Positions 23,601-34,360 of a stretch of DNA of 64,000 nt are shown piece by piece. The notes beneath the pieces are model-generated. The model saw nothing but the letters and a program-made list of their open reading frames with translations, was not told the DNA's origin and made no database searches. Position numbers and translations under genes: made by a program. The stretch spans positions 134,300 through 198,299 of the forward strand of contig JAHDYR010000028.1 of the NCBI GenBank assembly GCA_019828565.1. The letters are read 5' to 3'. Within the stretch, counting starts at the first letter, position 1. Each line of letters starts with the position of its first letter. This DNA is from Carpediemonas membranifera BICM (lineage: Eukaryota; Protista; Fornicata).

Positions 23601-24167
23601 CGGGTGGGAGGAGACGGACGTGGTCCTTGGCGTCCGCCTCGAACTGCTGCTGGGACCTGACCTGCACATCGTCGACCTGTATGGCGTTGTTGAAGTGATA
23701 CAGCTTAAGGTTGCCGTTGCCGTCTAGCAGGACCGACCTTGACTCGAGGGGGCCGTAGATGGTGCCCTTGCGGTGGCAAAAGTGGAGGGCCTCGCGGATG
23801 TCTCGGGCAAAGAGGCGGGTGGACTCGACAGGGAGGCAGCCGTCCTCCTCCAGCAGCTTCTCGAGGCTGCCACCAGTGCACAGCTCGACGACTAGCCAGA
23901 TATGCTCCTCGGTCTCGTACCACGAGAAGAAGCGCAGGATGTTTGGGTGCTGGAACGAATGGAGGTAGCGGGCCTCCTTGCGGATATCATCGGTGTACTC
24001 CTTGAGGATGGACTTGGCGGCGACGTACTCCTGTGTGAGCTGGCGCGGTGGAACGGACAATGTTGAACTTCTTCCGAGCCCTGTAGACGACACTCTTCTC
24101 TGTGCGTCCTACCTCGTCAAATACCTGCGTTAGGAAGATTGGTGGTACAAACAATGTACTCTTGCAT
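20662..24167 (-). CDS. ULK4: ULK4/RUNKEL-like pseudokinase with HEAT/ARM repeats (introns 24125-24152, 24031-24058)
   Basis: Spliced N-terminus MQEYIVFDEVGRTEKSVVYRARKK; WYETEEHIWLVVELCTGG; degenerate HRD/DFG; long helical repeat region. Confidence 0.85.
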
Positions 24168-24384
24168 CCCCGAGATGGTGGGATGATGCTTTTGTCTTAT
24201 CGTGCACAAATGACGTTTAATCAGATGATTAGGCCTCCTCCTCCTTGGCAGCCTGCCCGAATCCGACCTCGGTCGCCAGTTGGGTCGTTCTGCTCGTGCA
24301 GGTCGACCACATGCGTCAGCCACTCGCGATCAGCTTCATGATACATGATTTACTCGGCGCGGCATATGTTAACCATAACTCTCC

Positions 24385-25389
24385 TCATGGGGCCAGCTTT
24401 GAGCTGATCAGGGCCTCGTGCTCGATAGCATCCGTGAGGTGTGCGTCCTCAAGAGGGTGGGCGTCAGGCACGTCCGCCACCCGCCGCACAAAGAGCCGGA
24501 ACTTCTGCAGCCGGGAGGCGACGTTCTCGCGGGAGATGCCCTCCACGTTCATCAGACTCAGTACGTTCTTAGGCACGGACGACTTGACGCCCAGCACCCG
24601 GACAGCAGTGACAAAGCGCTGGTGGAGCTCGGGGGTCCACACCAGACGTCTGCGGCCGTCCTTACCGACCTTGCCCTCGGGTTTGTTCATGTACGCCTCG
24701 TCCTGGTGGGCATCGAAGGCTGCCCGGTCCATCCCATCGAACTGGGGGGCAATGCGCTGAGTCTGCACGAAGCCGGCGGGGGCAGGCTTGGCTGTCGGCG
24801 GTGACGGGGCTGCGCTGGATGCGGGCGAGGCTGTGTTGACGATCTTGGGCACGGACACAGGCTTGGGGACCGATACAGAGATGTAGAGCTGGTCGGACCC
24901 GGTCATGGCCGACTTCTGGACGAGAAGCTGCCTCGAGGTGGAGAGTGGCGCGAGGCGAGTGACATACAGAGGCATGAATCCCGCCGCGTCGGCAGGATTG
25001 TCAACGGGCAGGTCGGGGCGGGAGACGGCATGGCTAGCAATGGTCTGCAGCGGGAGCTCTGGCTCTGGGATGATGACCATGTTGGCGGTGTTGAAGAATT
25101 TGATCTTGGGGATCGTGTCGGTTGGAATCATGACCGGAGCCGGTGGGGCGAGAGAAAAAGAACTCGGGGGGGGCGTTATAGCAGGCGGGGTGGATAATGT
25201 AGGCGTTGGGGCATCTTGGCCGAACGATGAGAGTGGATTCTGCAGGCTGACTAGAGAGGAGCCGATAGCGAACGGATCCTCCTCATGAGTGGGGAGCATC
25301 TTCTCCTTGGAGTTGAGATCCATTGCTAGCGCCGAATCGAAGAACATAGCTTCATCTCTAAAGACGTTGGAATCAAGTAGAAACTCCAT
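24385..25389 (-). CDS. GARP/SHAQKYF-class Myb-like transcription factor
   Basis: RRRLVWTPELHQRFVTAV..VPKNVLSLMNVEGISRENVASRLQKFR. Confidence 0.85.
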   Translation of the reverse strand: MEFLLDSNVFRDEAMFFDSALAMDLNSKEKMLPTHEEDPFAIGSSLVSLQNPLSSFGQDAPTPTLSTPPAITPPPSSFSLAPPAPVMIPTDTIPKIKFFNTANMVIIPEPELPLQTIASHAVSRPDLPVDNPADAAGFMPLYVTRLAPLSTSRQLLVQKSAMTGSDQLYISVSVPKPVSVPKIVNTASPASSAAPSPPTAKPAPAGFVQTQRIAPQFDGMDRAAFDAHQDEAYMNKPEGKVGKDGRRRLVWTPELHQRFVTAVRVLGVKSSVPKNVLSLMNVEGISRENVASRLQKFRLFVRRVADVPDAHPLEDAHLTDAIEHEALISSKLAP

Positions 25390-25850
25390 TCGTTGCAATA
25401 GAAAAACCGAGCTCGTGTCCTGGGCTCAAGGAATTATTGGCTGCATTTTCCTGCCACCCTGGGAGTCACTCAGAGCACCCAACAGAGAGCGTTGGAGGCA
25501 ACACAGACGACCCTGACATATGTCCTGGGTGTCTAAGTTTTTTTTCCAATTTTTGTCAGATGACCACCAATTCGAAGTCAACCAAAAAATGGGAAGCGCG
25601 CCTGGTCTATTTTCACACTTTCTAACGGAATCCAATGCTTCGCCATTGAAAGTGGAATACGGGTCAAACCAGCCACTCTTGGGCCTGGAAGGAGAACTGG
25701 CGCTGAGTCGACGCGACTGAATGCGTCAATCGCACTGTCATGCAGCCCACCTATGATGTCTGGGGCTGGCGGCAAAGTCGGCATACATCATGTGCCAGGA
25801 TAATAGAAAGGTATGACAAGACGATATAAGACGATGCAGTATTTAACCAA

Positions 25851-26165
25851 TTAGCCGAAAAGGTCGAAGCCCATGTCGGAGTCAGACTCGGACTCCTCAG
25901 CGGGCTCCTCGGCAGCCTCCTCGGTGGCGGCGGCGGCACCAGCGGCAGCGGGAGCGGCACCACCAGTGGGGACGGTAGCGAGCTTCTCAGCGCCAGCGGC
26001 GATGACCTCCTCGAGGTTCTTGCCAGCGAGCTCAGAGATGATGAGGTCGCACTGGGCGGAATCGGCGTCAACACCGACGGAGGAAAGGACGGAAGTCATG
26101 TCCTTAGCGGAGGGAGCGGCGTTGCCACCGAGGACGCAGAGCATGTAAGCAGCGAGGTTCTTCAT
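25851..26165 (-). CDS. RPLP2: 60S acidic ribosomal protein P2
   Basis: [15 protein letters not shown]...[12 protein letters not shown]. Confidence 0.95.
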   Translation of the reverse strand: MKNLAAYMLCVLGGNAAPSAKDMTSVLSSVGVDADSAQCDLIISELAGKNLEEVIAAGAEKLATVPTGGAAPAAAGAAAATEEAAEEPAEESESDSDMGFDLFG

Positions 26166-26379
26166 CTGTGTAACAGTAATAAGACCGTAAAAGGCACGGG
26201 GAACGCACGGGAAAACGTCGACTTTCTCAGCTACTTTTTTTTCGCAAAAAAATGACGACGTCATTCCTCGACAGCTTGGCAGCTCTTGGTCTGTAAAAAT
26301 TCCTCGACAGCTCAAACTTGTCCACCAGAAGGTGCCTTAAAGCCAAGCCCCAGTTTTATCTATACATGCGCGTGGAGCC

Positions 26380-26940
26380 TCATTTTGACTTGACAAGGTA
26401 AACATTTGTTGTCTCGTTTGTGCTCTCGTCCTTCTTCCATACATGGGTCTCCACCGGGTTGTTAAACCCTGCCGCACGGAGCATTCCGATGATGATGCCA
26501 GTAATGAACGTCGCAGGGTTGAGCTGGCCCGCCTCGATGTATCTGTTGGTGATAGGCACAGACTCGAGAATCATGTCTGGGTGAGACATCCGGGGGTGGG
26601 TACAAACACGAGTTGTCCGCGGGGATGCGCTGCAGGCCGTCTGCAGGCCGACCGAAGAGCATGCGCCATACATTGTTCGAGATGAACGACAGAAACGACT
26701 CAAGGGTATCTTTCCTGTTGGCCTTCTCACGGTATGTCATGAGTTCCAGGACCTTGAGGCCAAGGCGTTCTCCGGCTGCTTGAAGACGCCCCTCGAGTTC
26801 ATCAGAGCTTGAAGCTCTGCTGTGGAAGTAATTCAGCATCTCTGCGAAGAGAAATGAGAATGAAGACATAGCGATCTGAGTAAATGCTATATTCGATGAG
26901 CACAAACGTCCGGGCGCCCCTTCTTTAGTGTCTTTTCCAT
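26380..26940 (-). CDS. TRAPPC5: TRAPP subunit TRAPPC5/Trs31 (introns 26876-26903, 26577-26607)
   Basis: SSFSFLFAEMLNY, VWRMLFGRPADGL, YMILESVPITNRYI, LNPATFITGIIIGML after splicing. Confidence 0.85.
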
Positions 26941-27044
26941 CGATTTCGTTCGATGATGCTTAACCTGCGTGGTCGGCCACTGCCGCTCCGTGCATGTGCA
27001 CAGTACTACATGAGCGTCACATAAACCAATCCGTCCGTGCCCAC

Positions 27045-27623
27045 TCACTCAGCTTCCGCCTTCTTCTCGTCGACGTAGGCCCGCAGCGTCCTCTCCTGCT
27101 GGGCCAGGCCAGGCTGGTGCCCGTGCATCTTGCGGCTCAGACGCTTGTACAGCTCCTTGGCAGACATAGTCTTGCCCAGCTCGTCTGTTCTCTTCAGTGA
27201 CAGATACCCGAATGAGCTGGAGGCCCTGGGCTTCTCCGACTCGAGCTGGTCTGTCTCCCGTAGATACTGCAACGTCGCAGCAACACCGTCTCTCGCTAGA
27301 CTGGTCGTGTCTGCCGCTGTAAGGTGAAGCGAGGGCGCGGAAGGGGCGGTGCGAGCGCGGGGCTTGCGGCCCTTCTCGGCGGAGGGGTCGTGCTGGCTCC
27401 ACTGGCCAATGCTGCCGACCTTGGCGTCGAACTGCTGTGGTAAGGGCTCTTCGCGTGCCCGTTTCTTCGCTTGTTCTGCCGCATACTGGTCTGAGAGTGT
27501 CTGTTCAGTCATCGCCGTCACCACAGACGACACGCCTTCCAGTCCTTGCCGAAACGCTTCCGCCTTCCGTTTTTTGCTTCCCTTCCTTCGTTTATCCAAG
27601 CTTCTTCTCTCCCGGCCGCTCAT
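27045..27623 (-). CDS. Short SART-1/Snu66-like tri-snRNP protein
   Basis: TDELGKTMSAKELYKRLSRKMHGHQPG resembles SART1 C-terminal VDETGRKLTPKEAFRQLSHRFHGKGSG. Confidence 0.65.
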   Translation of the reverse strand: MSGRERRSLDKRRKGSKKRKAEAFRQGLEGVSSVVTAMTEQTLSDQYAAEQAKKRAREEPLPQQFDAKVGSIGQWSQHDPSAEKGRKPRARTAPSAPSLHLTAADTTSLARDGVAATLQYLRETDQLESEKPRASSSFGYLSLKRTDELGKTMSAKELYKRLSRKMHGHQPGLAQQERTLRAYVDEKKAEAE

Positions 27624-27906
27624 AATGGCCACTGATAAGAGGGATCTGGTCAAATCGATTTATACGTATACATAGCTCTCAATGTACCGGTCCACACCGG
27701 CCAGCGTTAGTGGCAGCTTCACCCCCGACCTATAGGCTGGCCGGCGTTGGACTGATCTGGTCAAACCCGGCAAACCGCGGGTCTACCCAGAATCCCGCTG
27801 CCATCGCTCTGCGTGCTCCAGAAGCATCAGTAACAGCGGGATCCGGGTATAGCCCTGGTATCTTTACTGCTAGATTTGTCTCTTTCTTCTGCCTGCGTTC
27901 ATCCCC

Positions 27907-28116
27907 TCAGATGAGAATGCCGATCAGACTGAGCATCGCGAGGATGACCCAAAACTGCAGGATCCCGCGGTTCAAGAGAAGAAGCACAATTAAGTTCAGG
28001 TTTGTCGTTGAGTTGTAAATGTTCTCTTGCTTGGAGGTGAGCAGTATCCAGCTGATAAAAACTGAGGCACTAAGGTATACTCCATCTATGCTCCTCTGCC
28101 ATGCCGGAATGTCCAT
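27907..28116 (-). CDS. Possible small membrane protein
   Basis: 69-aa hydrophobic ATG-initiated ORF between RPL10 and the SART1-like gene; no homology recognised. Confidence 0.25.
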   Translation of the reverse strand: MDIPAWQRSIDGVYLSASVFISWILLTSKQENIYNSTTNLNLIVLLLLNRGILQFWVILAMLSLIGILI

Positions 28117-28155
28117 TTTGGACGGGCAGATCCGTCAGATGATTTATGATCGGAA

Positions 28156-28782
28156 TTAGAAGCCAAGAGGGCCGTGGGTAGAGACAGCGATGGCGTGGCA
28201 GCCGTCGGGGATGATCTTACCCTCCTCACGGAGCGTGGTGTACTCCTCCTTCTTGTACTTGGTGAAGCCCCACTTGTCAGAGATGACGATCTCCTGGTAG
28301 CCGGGGAACTTGTACTTGGCACGGCGGAAAGCCTCCTGGACGAAGGGGACAGTCTTCTCACCGCAACGGACAGACATGAGGGGCTGGCCGATGTTCACGC
28401 GAGCAACGAGGCCCTGGGGCTTGCCCCAGGCGTGACGCATACCGGTCTGGAGACGATCAGCGCCAGCGCATGTAAGCATCTTGTTGATGCGGAGAACGTG
28501 GAAGGGGTGGATGCGGATACGCATGTGGAAGGCCTCCTTGCCGCAGTTAGTAACGAGGTACTTGTTGCAGGAGATACGGGAAGCCTCAAGAGCCTCAGAG
28601 GAGATCTGCTCCTTCTCACGGGAGATCATGTGGACGCAGCAGGGGAAGTCATCAACGTGAGCGGACTTGCGGCCAAGATCGTAGATGCGGAGCTTCCCAT
28701 CGGGGACACCGCGGTTGAAACGAGACTTGGGGAAAGGCTTGTTCTTGCAGTAACGGTAGCAACGAGCAGGACGGCGACCCAT
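28156..28782 (-). CDS. RPL10: 60S ribosomal protein L10 (uL16)
   Basis: [11 protein letters not shown]...[12 protein letters not shown]. Confidence 0.97.
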   Translation of the reverse strand: MGRRPARCYRYCKNKPFPKSRFNRGVPDGKLRIYDLGRKSAHVDDFPCCVHMISREKEQISSEALEASRISCNKYLVTNCGKEAFHMRIRIHPFHVLRINKMLTCAGADRLQTGMRHAWGKPQGLVARVNIGQPLMSVRCGEKTVPFVQEAFRRAKYKFPGYQEIVISDKWGFTKYKKEEYTTLREEGKIIPDGCHAIAVSTHGPLGF

Positions 28783-29108
28783 CTGTATAAGACGATATAT
28801 AATGCCTAATATCTCTTAGAAGGCAAGAGATGGCCTGGCAACGAACACTTGACGATTAACACGATTCTCGCGCGCACTTTACGCCATAGCGGCAAAAATG
28901 GTTTTAACTATTTTACTCGAGATCCACCAACTCACAGGCCGTGAAACTAACCCTTCATTCTTATATTAGACCAACCTATGTGTCTCTTATTTATATTCCC
29001 GATACCACTTGTCCTTTTCGCTTCCAATCACTCACCCACACTGAATCAAGTGGTGACCCACGAGAATCAAAAACAAAAAACAAAGAGGTCTATAAAATTT
29101 ATGCGAAG

Positions 29109-30399
29109 TTAGTGGCCGGCCTGGGCGATGTTCTTGCCCTTGGGCTGGTTGATAGCCTTGAGCATCTCGTGGAACCAGGCAGTCTCGATGTCGAAGGGCT
29201 TGCCGCCGGCGATACGGGGGAACTCGCAGGCCTTGAGGATGTTGCTGTCGTTCTCATCGTGGCCAATGACGCCGGACTTGCCAGCGATGGCGCAGTCGAC
29301 AGCAAGGTCGGTGCAGGACTTGATGAGGCGGAGATCGTCAGCATTGGCTGGGGCGGCGCGAGCGAAGTAGCCAGACTTCTGGACCATGACCTTCTCAGCA
29401 CCGAGCATCTTGGCGAACTGGTCGCCGAACCACTTGCCGGGGTTGACGGCGTCGAGCTTGATGTGACCGAAGGCGTCGCGGGGGACAGGCTGGCCAGCCG
29501 CCTCCATCTCCTTCACGATGGTCTCAACACCGGCGCCCTCTGAGATGAAGATGTTGACGTTGTCGATCTCGTCCATGACCTTCTTGAGGCGTTTGGCCTC
29601 GGCCTTGATGTCGACCTCCATCTCGGGGATGAAGACAGCATGGACGTCCTTGCGCGCCTGGGTCAGCCCGAGGCCCTCAGCCCACTTGAGCGTGGCGAGG
29701 CGCTCGCGGTATTTGGCAGCGGTCGCGGCAGTGAGCCAGCCGCAGTTGCGGCCCATGACCTCGTGGATGATCAGCATACGGGGGTTAGCGTTGTGCTCAC
29801 CGACGACGTTCTCGAAGAACTTGGCGCCCTCCTCCGCGGCGGTCCAGGCGCCGAGAGACTGGCGGATGGGGTAGACGTCGTTGTCGATGGTCTTGGGGAG
29901 GCCGACAACAGTGAGGGGGTAGTCGTTCTCGGCAAGGTAGGCGGCCAGGTCAGCAGCGGTGGTGTTGGTGTCATCACCGCCGATGGTGTGGAGGACATCG
30001 ACCCTGTCCTTGGTGAGCTGCTCGGCGGCAACCTTAAGAGGGTCCTCGCCCTCCTTCACGAGGCCGCGCTTCACGCAATCAGCAACGTTGGTGAGCTTGA
30101 CGCGGGAGTTGCCGATAGGGGAGCCGCCGTGGAGGTGGAGAGTGGGGGCAGCCTGGCGCATCTCGTCAGAGACAAGGATGTAGTCGCCAAGAAGAAGGCC
30201 CTTGTAGCCAGAGACGTAACAGATGATCTAGGTTAGTGGATAGTGAGTGCTGGCGTGTTTAGGCCGCACCAGCATGGCAACAAACCTCGATCTTGGGATA
30301 CAGCTCAGTGTAACGCTCAATGAGACCACCGATGGCGGAAGAGAGGCAAGGAGCAAGCCCGCCAGCGGTAAGGATAGCAACGCGGTTGACGGAAGGCAT
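29109..30399 (-). CDS. pfp: Pyrophosphate-dependent phosphofructokinase, bacterial (Propionibacterium-like) type (intron 30228-30285)
   Basis: VAILTAGGLAPCLSSAI, GGSPIGNSRVKLTN, GGDDTN (PPi-type GGDD), PKTIDND, MGRNCGW. Confidence 0.92.
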
Positions 30400-30545
30400 T
30401 TTCGTATGAATGCTTGATGTCTTGTCAAGATCTCCCCCGAATCATACAGAATCAGGTCGATCTCGTCCCCTCCGTACCAATTCAATGGACCCCGACCACT
30501 CAAGGTTCCAAATACCCGGCTCCCCGGCATATTATATGTACGGTT

Positions 30546-33341
30546 TTAATAATCACTCAACTCCGCCAAGCTGAGCCGGTCCTCCCCGTCTGGCCCAGCT
30601 CCATCGCCCACACCCAACACCTCTTCTCCCCCACTCTCAGCCCCCGACTCGACTCCAGAGTCAGAGTCAGGGTCGGAGTCGTCGGAGTCCCAGCCGACAG
30701 CAATCTCGCCGCCCTCCAGCATCACACCGACTGACGCTATGAGCCCAGCGGCGGTGGCATCAGAGTGGACGGGAACCAGGCTCCGTTCGATCTTGGCCAC
30801 CAGGCTGTCGACTGCCTTGGCAGTCATCTTCTTGACCGTGATGTGCTGGAGAAGGTTCTGGAGAGATTGGATCAGAGCTTGGCCGACAGGCTCCTTCATC
30901 TTCTTCTGGAGGGCGACGGTGACCATCTTCTGAACCGCATTCCAAACAAATTCGAACGAATCTGCCGATTCCAAGGCGATCTTCTCGATCAAAAGAAGTG
31001 GAACCGCGGCGAAGGCGCTGACCTTGTGGATGCCCATCATGATATGCCCAAGGGAGGCGCACACGTCGCAGCAATGGTCTGCTTGCAGCGTGTCATGCTC
31101 GGCCTGGTTGATCGTGACGTCGAGGAACTGCCGGAGAACGACGCTCTTGATGACTCCGCGGTCAGTCTCGCTGAAGCTGGTGGATCTCAGCAAGGCGAGC
31201 ACTGCCTGGCGGGCCACAGGTCCCAGTGGGTTATGCTCGCCGCACGAGAGATGGACGAGCAGAAGACTGTTGGCAAGACGCGCGAATAGACCGCTACGGT
31301 CGGTCAGGGGCCTGGAGTCTGGCGGCACGGCCCGGGATAGGATGAGCGTCGTCACTGCTGAGATAAAGTGCTGTCTGTTGCCGTCGACCTTGGGGCCCTC
31401 ATTCGTGCCGGGGAGGGCGAGGGGTGACACAACTGACTGCCAGAAACGGAAGGTGAGCTTATACTGGGGGTCGAAAATATCGTGGTCGGCCTCGTCGATG
31501 AGAGAATGGAAGTCGTCAAGACCAATCTTGACCACAAGGTCTAAAAGTGCCCGATAGGCGACAATCTGCTGTTTCTCTTCCCGTCCATTGACAGCAACCT
31601 CCATAATCGACCGGACGATGTCCTTCTTACGGTAGTCTATGTCGACGACGGCCAGGCCGCAGAGCAGCTTGAAGGCCTCAACCCCACCCCGGCCGTGGGC
31701 TGCGATCATCGCCTGGCATTGCTCCAGAATGGGCCTGGCGCTGTACAGAGTGGCCTCGCTGTTCTCCACCGGGAATGACCGGATGACCTTCCAGGCGACG
31801 TATGCGGCCTCCAGAGTGGAGTCCGGCGTGTTGAACTCTGTGGCTCTGGCGGCGTAGTGGGCGAGGAGGGCGTTGAGCAGCTGCCATAGCTCGGAGTCCC
31901 CGTCCGGACTCGGGAAGAGTCGGCCGAGGGCCCGCATGACGGCCCTGATGTCTGTCCGGCACCCGTCCCTCACCATGACTCCGGCAACCCGAGCCACGCG
32001 ATGCTGGACCGCTGGGTCCGGTAGCATGCCCCACAGGGTGACTGCTATGTCGATGCTCACTAGCAGCAGCTGCTTGATGGTTGTCGCGGCGGCCTTATGC
32101 TCGTCGGGGTTGTCGAGCCGCATGAGAAGCGCTTCCATGTAACTGAGCATCGTCTCCGCATCGAGGTCGTCATCAGGGTCGAGTGCCCAACCCCGACGGT
32201 CGAGCAGACCCTTACGTTGCGCCAGTGTGATCGAGATCTGGATGAGCACGAGGACTAGGCGATCGTGCAGTTTAGCGCCCTGTGTACACGCCCGAATGCC
32301 CAGAGCTGCGCCAGAAGTCAGGGTAGTCACGGCTCTCTGGTCAGCGGTGGAGAATGCTGCGAGAACAGCCCAGCTCGGGTCAGATTCATTCAATTTCGCG
32401 GGATCTGGAGGAGATACAATCTGGCACCACCGTTCCACGGCGGCGCGGTCAGGGTTTCTGTTCTTAGTGGAGGCGTTGGCATGCTGGTGTGTCAGCTCAA
32501 TGATGGCAGCGATTGCTTCCCTCGCCTTGTCCTGCACCCTCTGTTCCTGGTCGTTGAGGGCCGCGTGGAGGAATGTCGTGAACGCCTCCGGTGTGACCTG
32601 GGGTCTGTCGTGCTGGAGTGAGGCGGGGTAGAGCTTCAGTCTGACCATGACGTCGATGGCCTCGGCCCGCACCTTGGGGTTGGGGTGTCCGATGGCGCCA
32701 AAGACAGTGGACACGAGGGCTTTGGATGCCTTGTCAGAGTCGGCAATGTCCTCTGGGTCGTCCGACTCTGGCGATGGCCAGAAGAGGCAGCTGAGCACTC
32801 TCTTGCTCACGCCGTCCGCCTGGTCGTGCCGGAGGAGACGGCAGAGTGTGTGGACGTCAGCGTTGGAGGCAAAGGAAGCGAATAGGAAGACTGCCTCCTC
32901 TCTGACGACGGGGGAGATGTCCCTGAAGCAGGCGTGGGCAGTGTTGTAGATCTCGTTAGTGGCCTCCTCCACACTTTCGTCCATTTCTTCGAGTTCAACT
33001 AGTTCAGTGACGATACCTGAGAGCATTTTGAAGGCTGCTGTGCGCACAGAGGCGGCGTAGCGATCGGTGTAGCGGAGGAGATAAGCAACGGTGACTGTGA
33101 GGAGGTCTGCACAGGAGATACAGGCGATGCTGACGAGCTTGATGCATCGTTGCATCGCCTTGTTCACAGATTTGCTTGCGAGAATGTGCTTGAGGCACTG
33201 GCAGTACGGCTTCACCATGTTTTCGTCGAAAGCGCTACCAGAAGCTCCCAACGCCGCCAAAAGTAGCTCTCTGGCCTTAATAAGGTTCTGGTTCGTCTCT
33301 GCCTGTCTAAATGCCTCGCAGATTCGAAGTTCATGCTCCAT
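30546..33341 (-). CDS. NCAPG: Condensin subunit CAP-G/Cnd3-like HEAT protein
   Basis: EAFRQAE..., SVRTAAFKML, RDISPVVREEAV, LLRHDQADGV pattern as in CAP-G; start uncertain. Confidence 0.65.
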   Translation of the reverse strand: MEHELRICEAFRQAETNQNLIKARELLLAALGASGSAFDENMVKPYCQCLKHILASKSVNKAMQRCIKLVSIACISCADLLTVTVAYLLRYTDRYAASVRTAAFKMLSGIVTELVELEEMDESVEEATNEIYNTAHACFRDISPVVREEAVFLFASFASNADVHTLCRLLRHDQADGVSKRVLSCLFWPSPESDDPEDIADSDKASKALVSTVFGAIGHPNPKVRAEAIDVMVRLKLYPASLQHDRPQVTPEAFTTFLHAALNDQEQRVQDKAREAIAAIIELTHQHANASTKNRNPDRAAVERWCQIVSPPDPAKLNESDPSWAVLAAFSTADQRAVTTLTSGAALGIRACTQGAKLHDRLVLVLIQISITLAQRKGLLDRRGWALDPDDDLDAETMLSYMEALLMRLDNPDEHKAAATTIKQLLLVSIDIAVTLWGMLPDPAVQHRVARVAGVMVRDGCRTDIRAVMRALGRLFPSPDGDSELWQLLNALLAHYAARATEFNTPDSTLEAAYVAWKVIRSFPVENSEATLYSARPILEQCQAMIAAHGRGGVEAFKLLCGLAVVDIDYRKKDIVRSIMEVAVNGREEKQQIVAYRALLDLVVKIGLDDFHSLIDEADHDIFDPQYKLTFRFWQSVVSPLALPGTNEGPKVDGNRQHFISAVTTLILSRAVPPDSRPLTDRSGLFARLANSLLLVHLSCGEHNPLGPVARQAVLALLRSTSFSETDRGVIKSVVLRQFLDVTINQAEHDTLQADHCCDVCASLGHIMMGIHKVSAFAAVPLLLIEKIALESADSFEFVWNAVQKMVTVALQKKMKEPVGQALIQSLQNLLQHITVKKMTAKAVDSLVAKIERSLVPVHSDATAAGLIASVGVMLEGGEIAVGWDSDDSDPDSDSGVESGAESGGEEVLGVGDGAGPDGEDRLSLAELSDY

Positions 33342-34360
33342 CAGATTTTCGATTTTTGGCCCAATGCGACTTAGTTTCGACTTCACCCGGCAGTCATGGG
33401 CAAACCCTCGGCCTCGTCTGCTATACCTTCTACTCCCAAGTAGTGACGCCCGTGTGTCCGGGCTGTGCGTGGATTGAATCATCCTGAATCGTCATTTTCG
33501 ACGACTCAGCAATTAGGGTTGGCAGTTTAAAGAATATTGATGGGTCAGGCATCCTGTATGAGTTTCTCTTAAAGTGCAATGGTGTGAGTTTCAGCCCTCT
33601 CCGAACTCTATTCGTCATGTTCGATGTCCGTCGAGATCGAAGATCGGGCCGACTCCAAACACATACTTCCAGTGTGCGTCCGCTGGTAATGGCCCGGATC
33701 CAGATGTAAGAGGGCTATACAAGCATTATGGCAGAGCGACAGCGATTCGACGGTTGTAGTCGAGGTGACGGCATCGCTCAGCTTCGGACCCTCTCTCGGG
33801 ACTATTTCGAAAGGCAGGTGAACATGTCACCAACCAAATTGATGGCCGATATAGCATCGGGCTGGGCTCTAAAGCATGCATTCACGCACCATTTTGACTG
33901 ATGGTGTCTGGGTTGACATGGTCTGACCGATTTCGCTGTGCGCCAGAGGGCTAGCCTCCCGGCCTGCTCTCGCGCATGCTTGGTCCCTCTTCTCCCCTGT
34001 GTTGATTTGCTCTGACTGTTCTCTGGCAGTATCGGTGTGGGCAGGTCATTCGGGGCCGAGATGTGACTCGACCCCCAAAATGGCGAGTCGGACGCGAACG
34101 GGCAGCGCGCTCCTGGAATCAGCAGAGTGATACTCACTCCACGTATTCCGGTAGCGCACGGTCCGACTCAGCCAACTTGCTTTTCGGATGGTCTCCCGTG
34201 TGAGCCGAGGAACGCACCACCCCAGCCAGCTTTCATCATTCGATGCGTTGCACCCTCACACATATCATCAACCGCTGTCTGCCACAATTGTTGCATCGGC
34301 ATGCCCCTGCCTTCATTCCTTCGCGCCATGACTGTCCCACCCATGCTTTGATATTTACTC

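Noticed and set aside
27730-27909. In-frame continuation after the TGA of the 69-aa ORF (selenocysteine or readthrough)
   Set aside because: Only ~58 codons, with no redox motif or SECIS recognised; consistent with chance.
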